Source: an uncultured cyanobacterium (GTDB lineage: Bacteria > Cyanobacteriota > Cyanobacteriia > Cyanobacteriales > Nostocaceae). From it: a stretch of 64,000 bases of DNA. This document shows, piece by piece, positions 40,467 to 50,487 of this stretch. Within the stretch, counting starts at the first letter, position 1. Each line of letters opens with the position of its first letter. The notes beneath the pieces are model-generated. The model had not been told where the DNA came from. It did not search any database and was given only the letters and a program-made list of their open reading frames with translations. A program made the position numbers and the translations under genes. The stretch is from positions 768,001 through 832,000 of the forward strand of contig CAVUDP010000002.1 in assembly GCA_963740315.1 (NCBI GenBank), written 5' to 3'.

Positions 40467-42416
40467 CTAACCCTTAACTCCTAACTGCTCGCTGTTAACT
40501 GCTAACTGGTCACTGTTAAGAGTTTCTTCAAAAACTTCTAAATCAAACCAAAATGTGGTACCGATACCTACTTCGCTAATCAAAAAGACTTGAGTGTGAT
40601 GTTTATCTTCAAGAATATTTCGGACAATTGATAGTCCTAAACCAGTTCCTTCAAGAGTATGGACGCGGTTTTCAACTCGGAAAAAGCGGTCGAAAATCGC
40701 TTTTTGGTCTTCGGAAGCAATACCAATTCCTGTATCGCCAATTTCTACGCGCACGCGGGGTATTAAAGCATTTAACTCTGTTTGCGGTCGAAGTTGGTAA
40801 GCGCGGAGTGCAACTTTTCCACCGGCTCTGGTAAACTTGAGTCCGTTACCAATTAAATTTGCTAATACTTGCAACAATAGATCGTAATGCCCTCTTACTA
40901 AAGGCAAGTTTGGAGCTATATCTTGGATTAATTCAATACCTTTATCTCTAGCATTTAATTGGTAAGTACGCAGGGTTTGTTCGACGGCTTGAGCTAAATC
41001 AACTCCATCCATGCTGTAGCTGCGTCCAGATTCCAATTTTGATAAATCTAATACGTCATTAACTAAACGAGCAAGTCTATCGGTTTCGTTATTAACTGTT
41101 TGCAAGAATTCTTTTCGCTGTTCTATATCCAATTCTTCGCCGTATTCGTGCAAAGTTTCAATAAAAGATTTGATATTAAATAAAGGCGTTCGTAATTCGT
41201 GGGAAACGTTGCTGATAAATTGACTTTTTGCTTCATTCAACTCTACTTCGCGAGTGATATCTTGAATGGTAATTGCAATACCTTTGATACTTTCTCGCTG
41301 CTGGTTGATAACTGTAGTTAAAAGAATGCGGATAGTTCTTCTAATGGGTTGATTGATAGTAACGCGAAATTCGGCGCGTTCTAAATCTCCTGCCGTCATT
41401 CTGTGCAAATAACGGTTAATTTCTAACTGCATCGACGCAGGAATATAATTTAACACGCTATTACCAACTACTTCAGCTTCTTCCCAACCAAAAATGGTTT
41501 TCGCCGTAGGATTGACTAAAATTACCTGCATATCGTTGTCAATCAAAATCGCACCATCGGCAATAGTAGAAACCAAAGTTTCCAACTTAGCTTTTTCAGC
41601 AGTTAATTCTTCAATATTTTGTTCTTCATAGCCCTCCAAACGCTCAGCCATTTCGTTAAAGCTGAGAATTAACTCTTTGAGTTCTCCGGAAAATTCTAAC
41701 TCGATTCGCTGTTTGAAATTACCCGCAGCAATTTGTTTGACTCCCGCCAATAATTCCTTAATTGGCTTAGTAATAGTCAAAGCATTAATTACCCCTCCCA
41801 AAATCACCATTACCCAAATCGAGATAAACACTGCGATCGTCACATCGCGGGTAAAATTGTTAGAAATAACAGCAGTTTGGTTGGGATTAATACCAACTGA
41901 CAACACGCCCAAATACTTACCATTCGCATTCATTGGGACAAACACATCAGTAACTTCCCCATCCGGTGAATTATGGTGGCGCACCATTGGCTTTTCCACA
42001 TCAGCAGCGTAGTCTTCGGGTAGTTCAATCCTGCGTTTGATAGTCAGCGAATTTCCTACTTCCGGCTCCCAAAAAGGAATGCCAAAAAATATTTTTCCAG
42101 TTTCATCAGCGTAAAGCATATAGCGCACGCTGGAAGTACTGCTATAGAAACGTTGAGAAAACTGAGCCACCTCAGTATAATCTTCCTCAGCCAAGAAAGG
42201 CACAACATTCGCAGCCAACAGCAAACCCAAATCTCGTCCAAAGCGAGTATCGTTGAGACGTGCATCCTGCTGAATAGTATTTACCGCCCAAAACGTCAAA
42301 CCGCTCATCACCAAAGACACAACCAGAGTGACAGCCGCCAACAGCCTTGTTTGGAGATTAAAATCCGACCACCAATTGGCGATCGCGTCCGTAATTGTTT
42401 TTGAAAGAGCTAACAT
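40467..42416 (-). CDS. nblS: Sensor histidine kinase NblS/Hik33 (TM-HAMP-PAS-HisKA-HATPase)
   Basis: MSGLTFWAVNTIQQDARLNDTRFGRDLG, NVSHELRTPLFNIKS, RVENRVHTLEGTGLGL; downstream of purD. Confidence 0.93.
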   Translation of the reverse strand: MLALSKTITDAIANWWSDFNLQTRLLAAVTLVVSLVMSGLTFWAVNTIQQDARLNDTRFGRDLGLLLAANVVPFLAEEDYTEVAQFSQRFYSSTSSVRYMLYADETGKIFFGIPFWEPEVGNSLTIKRRIELPEDYAADVEKPMVRHHNSPDGEVTDVFVPMNANGKYLGVLSVGINPNQTAVISNNFTRDVTIAVFISIWVMVILGGVINALTITKPIKELLAGVKQIAAGNFKQRIELEFSGELKELILSFNEMAERLEGYEEQNIEELTAEKAKLETLVSTIADGAILIDNDMQVILVNPTAKTIFGWEEAEVVGNSVLNYIPASMQLEINRYLHRMTAGDLERAEFRVTINQPIRRTIRILLTTVINQQRESIKGIAITIQDITREVELNEAKSQFISNVSHELRTPLFNIKSFIETLHEYGEELDIEQRKEFLQTVNNETDRLARLVNDVLDLSKLESGRSYSMDGVDLAQAVEQTLRTYQLNARDKGIELIQDIAPNLPLVRGHYDLLLQVLANLIGNGLKFTRAGGKVALRAYQLRPQTELNALIPRVRVEIGDTGIGIASEDQKAIFDRFFRVENRVHTLEGTGLGLSIVRNILEDKHHTQVFLISEVGIGTTFWFDLEVFEETLNSDQLAVNSEQLGVKG

Positions 42417-42661
42417 TTTAAATTTAAATTAAGTTGTCGTAGTTTTTTTAAGACAACCCCAACAACTAAAAGTTAACAGCTAAGTTGACAAACTTGGAAG
42501 AAAGTTCGGAATTGGGGATTGGGCATGGGGGAGATGGGGAGATGGGGGGATGGGGAGATGGGGAGATGGGGGGATGGGGAGAGGGGGGAGAGGGGGAGAG
42601 GGGGTAGAAAATCAACTCCTAACTCCTAACTCCGGTGGTCCCAACTCCTAACTCCTCACCT

Positions 42662-43948
42662 TTAACCTTTAACATGCAGACCTTTAACCTGATGTCCAAT
42701 ATCTCGCCGATAATACATTCCTTCAAAGTTAATTTGCTCGATACTAGCGTATGCTAATTGCAATGCTTGCTCGAAGTTTTCTCCAATACCCGTTACATTC
42801 AAAACTCTACCTCCATCTGTAACTAATTGTTTATTTAATTTGGTTCCGCCGTGAAATACTGTTACCTGAGAAGTTTCGGCTTCGGTAATACCTGTAATAA
42901 CTTTACCTTTTTCATAAGCTCCGGGATATCCACCAGAAGCGGCAACTACGGTGGCGGCGGCTCCTTGTTTCCAAGCAATGGGGGGCATTTGCTCTAAACG
43001 TTGCTCGATACAAGCAAGCATTAATTCTTCTAAAGGCGTTTCTAATAATGGTAATATTACTTGGGTTTCTGGGTCGCCAAAACGACAATTAAATTCTAAT
43101 ACTTTGAATTCACCATTGGGCATTATCATCAAACCAGCATAAAGTACGCCTCGATAATCAATTTTTTTAGCCCTTAAAGCATTTATAGTTCTATCTAAAA
43201 CTTGTTTTTGCACGCGTTCCATCAAATTAACGGTAGCAATGGGCGTTGGTGCATAGGCTCCCATTCCACCTGTATTTTCTCCTGTATCCCCTTCACCGAT
43301 GCGTTTGTGGTCTTGGGCTGGTAATAAAGGTCTGATTGTTAAACCATCTGTTAATGCTAAAACAGATACTTCCTGTCCTTGTAAACATTCTTCAATAACT
43401 ACAAATTCCCCAGCTTTACCAAATTGACCGCCAAAGATAGCATCAACTGCCTCTACAGCTTGATTTAACGTTGTTGCTACCGTAACGCCTTTACCTGCCG
43501 CTAAACCATCAGCCTTGATGACAATCGGTGCGCCGTGGTTTTTGATGTAGCTTTTTGCCGATGCTGCTCTGTTGAATACCGCAGTGTTCGCTGTCGGAAT
43601 ATTAGCTTCCTGCATCAGGGTTTTTGCCCATACTTTGCTTGCTTCTATTTGTGCCCCCGCTTTTACCGGACCAAATACCTTTAACCCTTGGGATTGCAAA
43701 TAATCTGTAATTCCCTTCGCCAAAGGTACTTCCGGGCCGATTACTACAAGATTGATTCCGGCTTTGAGGGCATAATTACTTATTCCTTCAAAATCATCTA
43801 CCGTTAGAGAAAGATTAGAACAGCCATTCAAACTAGCCGTACCGCCATTTCCCGGTACGCAGACAACTTGCTCGACTTGGCTTGACTGAAGAAGTTTCCA
43901 AGCCAGAGCGTGTTCTCTTCCTCCACTACCTACAACTAAAATTTTCAC
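42662..43948 (-). CDS. purD: Phosphoribosylamine-glycine ligase
   Basis: GSGGREHAL, KADGLAAGKGV, QDHKR..GDTGENTGGMGAY, EFNCRFGDPETQ. Confidence 0.97.
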   Translation of the reverse strand: MKILVVGSGGREHALAWKLLQSSQVEQVVCVPGNGGTASLNGCSNLSLTVDDFEGISNYALKAGINLVVIGPEVPLAKGITDYLQSQGLKVFGPVKAGAQIEASKVWAKTLMQEANIPTANTAVFNRAASAKSYIKNHGAPIVIKADGLAAGKGVTVATTLNQAVEAVDAIFGGQFGKAGEFVVIEECLQGQEVSVLALTDGLTIRPLLPAQDHKRIGEGDTGENTGGMGAYAPTPIATVNLMERVQKQVLDRTINALRAKKIDYRGVLYAGLMIMPNGEFKVLEFNCRFGDPETQVILPLLETPLEELMLACIEQRLEQMPPIAWKQGAAATVVAASGGYPGAYEKGKVITGITEAETSQVTVFHGGTKLNKQLVTDGGRVLNVTGIGENFEQALQLAYASIEQINFEGMYYRRDIGHQVKGLHVKG

Positions 43949-44047
43949 TGATATCCTCGCGTGTGCTTCCCTTGATGATGGATTTTATTATTTCACCAAT
44001 TTTTTTTCACCAATTTTAATACTTATCCAGATTTAAAGGTATGTCTT

Positions 44048-44210
44048 TGGATTTTGGATTTTAGATTTTGGATTTTGGATTGGGCATTAGGGGAGTTATG
44101 AGTTAGGAGTTAGGAGTTATGAGTTATGAGTTATGAGTTAGGAGTTATTAATTGCGAATTGCGAATTGTCCCCATCTCCCCCTCTCCCCATCTCCCCATC
44201 TCCCCCCTCC
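44048..44210. repeat. Compound STRR tracts (TTTTGGA, GAGTTAG/GAGTTAT, TCCCCATC); many more at 1487-1630, 14543-14563, 18770-18867, 39241-39395, 40330-40512, 42511-42660, 54425-54462, 62065-62100
   Basis: Visible 7-9-mer tandem arrays in intergenic spacers, typical of heterocystous cyanobacteria. Confidence 0.85.
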
Positions 44211-44490
44211 CTGTTCCTTTTCTTTTCAAAAAACATCAGGATTTATACTGTATTTATGTCGAGTATAAACTCGGTTAATTCGTAATTTTATGGATATAAA
44301 TATGATTTTTTCTCAATAGAAATACTGAGTTTTTAAGAATAATTATTTAGCACTGCAATTAAAAATAGATAAATAATTATTTCCGAGTTAAAGTATGTAA
44401 AATAAAAATTTCAAAACTAGTGGCAACTACCTGTCTATACGGATTAACCTGTGAATACTGAGTTAAGAAAATATCTAATTATCAAGAGAC

Positions 44491-45438
44491 ATGACTAAAA
44501 ATATCGTTACTGGTGCGGCGGGTTTTATAGGTTCTCATTTAGCAGAAACACTGTTAAAAAGAGGAGAAGAAGTAGTTGGTGTTGATGAATTCAATGATTA
44601 TTACGACCCCTTGTTTAAACATAAAAATGTTACAAATTTACAAAGCTATGCCAACTTTAAATTAATTGAAGGAAATATTCAGTTTCTAGACTGGGATTCA
44701 TTGTTAAAAGATGTTGACGTTGTTTATCATCAAGCAGCACAGGCAGGGGTAAGGGCAAGTTGGGGGCAAGGTTTCCATTTTTATACGGAACGTAATATCA
44801 CCTCTACTCAAATTTTATTGGAAGCTGCAAAAGACGCTAAAAATTTGCAAAGATTGGTTTACGCTTCCACATCAAGCGTTTATGGCGATGCGGAAACTTT
44901 ACCTACGAGCGAGCAAGTTTGTCCCAAACCAGTTTCGCCCTACGGAATCACTAAGTTAGCTGCCGAAAGATTGTGCGGGCTTTATCATAAAAACTTTGAC
45001 GTACCTTTTGTAGCCTTACGTTATTTTACAGTTTACGGTCCTCGTCAGCGTCCAGATATGGCATTTCATAAATTTTTTAAAGCTGCGATCGCGGATGAAG
45101 CGATTCCCGTTTATGGCGATGGATTGCAAACGCGAGATTTTACCTTTGTCAGTGATGCGGTTGCAGCTAACTTAGCCGCTGCTACGGTAGAAGATGCAGT
45201 TGGAGAAATTTTTAATATTGGCGGCGGTAGCAGGGTAGTTTTAAAAGAAGTACTCGAAACAATGGAAGAAATTGTTGGCAAACCCATCAAAAGAAACCAT
45301 ATTGAGAGAGCGATGGGAGATGCACGTCACACGGCGGCGGATGTTTCTAAAGCGAAACAGATTTTGGGTTATCAGCCCTTGATTAATTTAAGAGAAGGTT
45401 TGACGAAAGAATGGGAGTGGGTGAAAGGATTATATTAA
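44491..45438 (+). CDS. NAD-dependent nucleotide-sugar epimerase/dehydratase
   Basis: TGAAGFIGS, AAQAGVR, YASTSSVYG, SPYGITK, LRYFTVYGPRQRPDMA. Confidence 0.93.
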   Translation: MTKNIVTGAAGFIGSHLAETLLKRGEEVVGVDEFNDYYDPLFKHKNVTNLQSYANFKLIEGNIQFLDWDSLLKDVDVVYHQAAQAGVRASWGQGFHFYTERNITSTQILLEAAKDAKNLQRLVYASTSSVYGDAETLPTSEQVCPKPVSPYGITKLAAERLCGLYHKNFDVPFVALRYFTVYGPRQRPDMAFHKFFKAAIADEAIPVYGDGLQTRDFTFVSDAVAANLAAATVEDAVGEIFNIGGGSRVVLKEVLETMEEIVGKPIKRNHIERAMGDARHTAADVSKAKQILGYQPLINLREGLTKEWEWVKGLY

Positions 45439-45710
45439 AAAAAGAAGCGGCTATTTTTTTTTACTCGATATTTTATTTAACAACGATTTTAGGCGTTGCT
45501 AAATCAAGGTATAAATTCGCTTGTAGAGATGCTTTCTTGGGCGATCGCGTCTCTACAAATTAAAAGGTAAAAGTTACAATCATAATGCAGGACTTACGTT
45601 AGGCAATCAAATATGGAAAATAGCCGTAATTATCTGTTACCTATTATCTAAAACGTTGATTTTTCTGACTGCGTAAGTCCTATAATAAATCTGCGAGTCG
45701 GAGCCTTTCT

Positions 45711-46529
45711 ATGAACAATCAAAATTTGCTTTCAATAGCTGGAAATAAACCACAGAGCAAGAAAGGACTTGTGTTACTTTCGGCTAGGGAATTAGACAAG
45801 ATGCGCCGTGTCGGCAAACTCGCAGCGAATCTTCTCAATCATCTCGAAGGGATGGTGCAACCTGGAATTAGTACGAAAGATTTAGATGATGAAGCAGCGC
45901 GTTTTATGAAAGCAAATGGTGCAATTAGCGCTACGTTGGGTTATGCACCTCCAAATCATCAACCTTACACGGGTTCGGTTTGTACTAGCGTCAATGAAGT
46001 TGTTTGTCACGGAATTCCCAACTCTAAAACAATTCTCAAAGACGGAGATATTATCAACATTGATGTTACGCCAATTCTGGACGGCTTTCACGGCGACACA
46101 TCCAGAACATTTTTAGTTGGTAATGTATCGGATAAAGCTCAGAAATTAGTTGAAGTGACTCGTGAATCAATGATGCGAGGTATTGCTCAAGTCAAACCTG
46201 GAGGCAGAATTGGCGATATTGGTGCTGCAATTCAGGAGTATGCCGAAGCAAATGGATTCTCGGTAGTACGAGATATGGTTGGGCATGGAGTTGGTAGAGA
46301 GTTTCATACAGAACCCCAAGTTCCTCATTACGGTACCCAAGGTACTGGGATAAAGTTGCGTAAGGGTATGGTTTTCACCATCGAACCGATGTTAAATGAA
46401 GGAACCTATGAACTGAAGTTTCTTAAGGATGGTTGGACTGTGATTACGCAAGATGGCAAACTCTCGGCTCAGTTTGAGCATACCATTGCTGTAACGGATG
46501 ATGGTTTTGAAATTTTGACTCTGGCTTGA
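45711..46529 (+). CDS. map: Type I methionyl aminopeptidase
   Basis: SVNEVVCHGIP, INIDVT, GDTSRTF, GHGVG..FH, FTIEPM, SAQFEHTI. Confidence 0.96.
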   Translation: MNNQNLLSIAGNKPQSKKGLVLLSARELDKMRRVGKLAANLLNHLEGMVQPGISTKDLDDEAARFMKANGAISATLGYAPPNHQPYTGSVCTSVNEVVCHGIPNSKTILKDGDIINIDVTPILDGFHGDTSRTFLVGNVSDKAQKLVEVTRESMMRGIAQVKPGGRIGDIGAAIQEYAEANGFSVVRDMVGHGVGREFHTEPQVPHYGTQGTGIKLRKGMVFTIEPMLNEGTYELKFLKDGWTVITQDGKLSAQFEHTIAVTDDGFEILTLA

Positions 46530-46789
46530 ATTTTGATTACAAACCGAAATATAGGGAGACTTAGCAGTGCTACGTCTCTACATTATTTATATTTAATTTT
46601 AATAGGTTTGTAGTAAGGACTTTAGTCCCCCGATGAAAGAGCTTAAGCTCTTACTACGAACCTAACATTTTCTTTTTATGCCCAATTTGTAACTTTTATC
46701 TGCTTCAATTCAGCATAGATTGGGGGTGGATCTAGCATTTATTGCTTTGAGCTTAGTAATGTTCAAGGCTATCAAAAAACACCTTCTCT

Positions 46790-48133
46790 ATGGGTTCATC
46801 AAATTTTTCCTTTGCCCTTCCATCTCGCTACAGCAGCTTTTTACCTCGCTTCTTCCGATTGGCATCTGTAAGTATTATCTCGAATATGATGGTGCCTTTA
46901 TCTGGAATAGTTGATACTGCTTTCCTTGGGCATTTGGCAGATATTCGTTATTTGGCAGGGGTAATTTTAGCGAGCATTTTGTTTGATTACCTCTATCGGA
47001 TATTAAAATTTTTTAGGAATGGTACCAACGCTATTACCGCTCAAGCTGTAGGAGAAAATGATCGGAAGGGAATAGTGTTGGCTCTATTGCGGAGTAGTTT
47101 AGTTGCTTTAGCGATCGCAATTATCATCTTAATCCTGCAATATCCCATACAAAAGTTTGGTTTTGCTATTCTGGCTGGCTCTGCGGATGTTGAATCTTTC
47201 GGAATTGAATATTTTAATGCTCGCATTTGGGGGGCACCTGCGGTTTTACTCAATTTTGTGCTGATTGGTTGGTTTCTGGGAAGGGAAATGAATTTTTTGG
47301 TGTTGCTGATTTCTGTTGTAGGCAATGTCTCGAATGTGGTGTTGGATTATTTAACGATCGCCCGATGGGGTTGGGGAAGTACGGGAGCGGGATTGGCTAC
47401 GGCTTTAAGTCAATATTTGGCGTTGTTGGTGGCGCTAATTGGAGTCGGTTTTAGTTTACGAAGCAAAGCATTACCCGTTACTTTTAAAGACATATTTGAT
47501 TGGCAAGCTTTAAAAGCGAGTGTAGTACTCAAAAGCAATATTTTGATCCGCTATCTAGCGATGATTACCGCTTATTCTATTTTTACTAACCTGAGTGCGG
47601 CGATGGGAAATGAGGTGATTGCAGAAAATGGTTTACTGCTTCAGATTGTGCTGTTGAGTCAGTTTACGGTTAACGGTATCGGTTTAACTACTCAATCTTT
47701 GATTGCTAATTTTAAAGGTAAAGGGGAAACCGCACAGATGATGCCGGTGTTACAGGTTTCTATATTCACCGGCGTACTAATTGCATCTATATTTGCTTCG
47801 GTGTCGATTTTATTTCCGCAAACGATTTTTGGTATTTTGACTAGCCATACAGATATCAGTCAATCAGTTGTTAGCTATAGGGATTGGTTGCTACCATTGC
47901 TAACTTGTGGTGCGATCGCCTTTATGTTTGAAGGGTATACTGTGGGACTAAAAGAAGGAGTAAAACTGCGTAATTCTGCGCTGATTGCTTTGGGATTGGG
48001 ATTTACTCCAGTAGCAGCTATAGCTTGGTATTTGCAAAACAATCATCTGCTGTGGTTATCGCTGACATCTTACATGGCAACATTAATGGTAGCTCTTGGG
48101 GTACAGATTCCCCGAATGCAGAACAAGCAATGA
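46790..48133 (+). CDS. MATE-family (DinF-like) efflux transporter
   Basis: About 12 TM segments; VPLSGIVDTAFLGHL, RIWGAPAVL, GAGLATALSQY. Confidence 0.88.
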   Translation: MGSSNFSFALPSRYSSFLPRFFRLASVSIISNMMVPLSGIVDTAFLGHLADIRYLAGVILASILFDYLYRILKFFRNGTNAITAQAVGENDRKGIVLALLRSSLVALAIAIIILILQYPIQKFGFAILAGSADVESFGIEYFNARIWGAPAVLLNFVLIGWFLGREMNFLVLLISVVGNVSNVVLDYLTIARWGWGSTGAGLATALSQYLALLVALIGVGFSLRSKALPVTFKDIFDWQALKASVVLKSNILIRYLAMITAYSIFTNLSAAMGNEVIAENGLLLQIVLLSQFTVNGIGLTTQSLIANFKGKGETAQMMPVLQVSIFTGVLIASIFASVSILFPQTIFGILTSHTDISQSVVSYRDWLLPLLTCGAIAFMFEGYTVGLKEGVKLRNSALIALGLGFTPVAAIAWYLQNNHLLWLSLTSYMATLMVALGVQIPRMQNKQ

Positions 48134-48236
48134 TTTAGCAGATTACTTAATTTAATGAGAGAGGGGAGAGGGGGAGAGGAAAAGGAATTTTTACAGGTAA
48201 TCTTAGAGTAGGAAGGCAGTAGTTGAAGCAAGTATT

Positions 48237-49487
48237 ATGAATATATTTATTGTTACGGTTGGTTCCCGTGGCAATGTGCAACCTTATGTGGCATTGGGTA
48301 AAGGCTTAAAAGAAGCGGGACATGATGTAACAATCTGTACCTGTTCTAGTTTTGAATCATTTATCACCGAGCATGGTTTGAACTATGGATATATGAATGA
48401 CGATTTTATCAAACTCGTTGATTCAGAAGCCGGTAGGAAAGCAATGGAAAGCGGTGGCAATTTCTTTGGCTTAATTAAAACGATGCTGACATTGCTCAAA
48501 GAATCGAAAGCACTCACTACCAAAATGCTGAAAGATTCTTGGAATGCAGCCAAAGCGGCAAAGCCCGACATCATAATTTTTCACCCTAAATCAATGGCAG
48601 GTTCGCATATTGCAGAAAAACTTGGTATTCCGGCGGTAATAGCTGTTCCCGTACCTCTGATTGTTCCAACCGCTGAATCTGTCGCCATTGGTTTTCCAAA
48701 TTTGAAGCTTGGAGGCTGGTACAATAAATTGTCTTATCGGGTTTTGCATAAGGGCTACCATACTTACGATGACCTAATCAACGAATTCCGTCAGGATGTA
48801 CTCGGGATTGGTAAACTATCTAAATCTACAAGTCCGATACAAATGGCAAATGGAAAACCAATTCCGGTTTTGTATGGTTATAGCGAACTTGTTTCACCAC
48901 GTGCAAAAGATTGGACTGATACAACCCACATCACTGGTTATTGGTTTTTAGATCGAAACGATGATTGGCAACCAACCGTTGAATTAAACGATTTTCTTGA
49001 AGCAGGTGAAAAACCCGTTTATGTGGGATTTGGCAGCATGGCGGGACGTAATCCCCAACGAATCGCTAATATTGTCGTTGATGCGCTACAAATTGCAAAT
49101 GTTCGCGGCATAATTGCTACTGGTTGGGGTGGTTTGGATGCAAATAATCTACCAGAAAGCATCTTTAAAATTGACAAAGTTCCCCATGAATGGCTCTTTC
49201 CTCGCGTATCGGCTGTGGTGCATCATGGTGGCGCGGGAACAACAGCAGCCGGATTGCGTGCGGGTAAACCAACGATTGTATGTCCTTTTCTGGTTGACCA
49301 ATTTTATTGGGGAGAACGGGTTTATGCTCTTGGAGTAGGTAGTACTATTTCACAGAAGAAATTAACAGCGAATAAACTGGCTAAAGCTATTAAAGATGTC
49401 ACAACAGATCGAGTTATCAGAGCAAACGCAGAAACTTTGGGTAACAAATTAGGTGAAGAAGACGGGATTAGGAGTGCGATTACATAA
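48237..49487 (+). CDS. GT1 glycosyltransferase (sterol glucosyltransferase-like), C-terminus shortened by a small insertion
   Basis: GSRGNVQP, VYVGFGSM, VPHEWLFP..VVHHGGAGTTAAGL, DQFYWG. Confidence 0.88.
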   Translation: MNIFIVTVGSRGNVQPYVALGKGLKEAGHDVTICTCSSFESFITEHGLNYGYMNDDFIKLVDSEAGRKAMESGGNFFGLIKTMLTLLKESKALTTKMLKDSWNAAKAAKPDIIIFHPKSMAGSHIAEKLGIPAVIAVPVPLIVPTAESVAIGFPNLKLGGWYNKLSYRVLHKGYHTYDDLINEFRQDVLGIGKLSKSTSPIQMANGKPIPVLYGYSELVSPRAKDWTDTTHITGYWFLDRNDDWQPTVELNDFLEAGEKPVYVGFGSMAGRNPQRIANIVVDALQIANVRGIIATGWGGLDANNLPESIFKIDKVPHEWLFPRVSAVVHHGGAGTTAAGLRAGKPTIVCPFLVDQFYWGERVYALGVGSTISQKKLTANKLAKAIKDVTTDRVIRANAETLGNKLGEEDGIRSAIT

Positions 49488-49504
49488 AGTAGAGCTTCGC
49501 TTAA
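49481..49504. mobile_element. 24-bp small dispersed repeat inserted in a HIP1 site
   Basis: GCGAT[TACATAAAGTAGAGCTTCGCTTAA]CGC; removal restores GCGATCGC and an open frame to TAA at 49533-49535. Confidence 0.7.
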
Positions 49505-49902
49505 CGCTATTATAGAAAGTGTTGCAAAATCTTAATTTTTAATATTGATAAGTAATAAGAAAAAACAGGTAATCGCACTTAAAAAGCCACTGGTGAGCTA
49601 AATCGTTAGAATACTCGAAAATTTACGGTTTAAAGGATTATATTAGTAAAATACTGATTCCACCTGGTTCTAATTTAGTGGGAAAAACGTACATTCTCAA
49701 GGTTTTATTAGCATCGGTTGCGAACTTTGCACAACACCTGTTTTACCCAATCAACACGGAAGAAACTGCTGATAAAGAATGCTGTTTCCACGAAATTAAT
49801 TTAATTTAAAACAACGATTAATTTTACAATTCATAGCCCCCCAATAATACGGGGGGTTGGGGGGATTTTATTTCTAAATGTAGTTACAAATATTTCAAAA
49901 TC

Positions 49903-50238
49903 ATGAATATCAAATTAATTAAAAAAATCAAATTAGATGGTAATTATTGCCGCAAATCAGCAAGAGTTTTAAATGAACTCAAAAAAATCAAGTTATTAGA
50001 TAAAATAGACGAAATTATTGCAGCAGATGAACGTCAGCAATCTGATAGTCAAGGATTTGATTTAGCCATAAAACATAATGTATCATCTGCACCTTTTTTC
50101 ATTGTCGAAGATGAAGGTAAAACAAAAGTTTATACCGCTTATTATCGCTTGATGAAAGATGTTTTTAATGTATTAGTTTCTCAAAAAGACGAAATTTCGG
50201 AAATGATGGTTCAAAATCCAGAGTTAGATCACATCTAA
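49903..50238 (+). CDS. Small thioredoxin/glutaredoxin-like hypothetical protein
   Basis: IKLIKKIKLDGNYCRKS (CxxS) and APFFIVE (cis-Pro-like motif). Confidence 0.6.
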   Translation: MNIKLIKKIKLDGNYCRKSARVLNELKKIKLLDKIDEIIAADERQQSDSQGFDLAIKHNVSSAPFFIVEDEGKTKVYTAYYRLMKDVFNVLVSQKDEISEMMVQNPELDHI

Positions 50239-50243
50239 TTCTA

Positions 50244-50439
50244 TGGAGACGTTATATCTGGAGACGTTATATATCTGGAGACGTTATATATCTGGAGACG
50301 TTATATATCTGGAGACGTTATATATCTGGAGACGTTATATATCTGGAGACGTTATATATCTGGAGACGTTATATATCTGGAGACGTTATATATCTGGAGA
50401 CGTTATATATCTGGAGACGTTATATATAACGTCTCTACA
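50244..50439 (+). repeat. Tandem array of 17-bp TGGAGACGTTATATATC ending in a complete REP palindrome
   Basis: One 15-bp variant, nine identical 17-mers, then TGGAGACGTTATATATAACGTCTCTACA. Confidence 0.95.
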
Positions 50440-50487
50440 TTTTGACTGTATTGAAATTGTTGATCTTTATTAATTGGAATTATAAAA

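Noticed and set aside
46790..49487. MATE plus glycosyltransferase as a natural-product (toxin) gene cluster
   Set aside because: No biosynthetic core enzymes nearby; both families are widespread on their own
50244..50439. Possible CRISPR array, and the 76-aa ORF 50243-50473
   Set aside because: Repeats are directly adjacent with no unique spacers and there are no cas genes in the window; the ORF is simply the translated repeat
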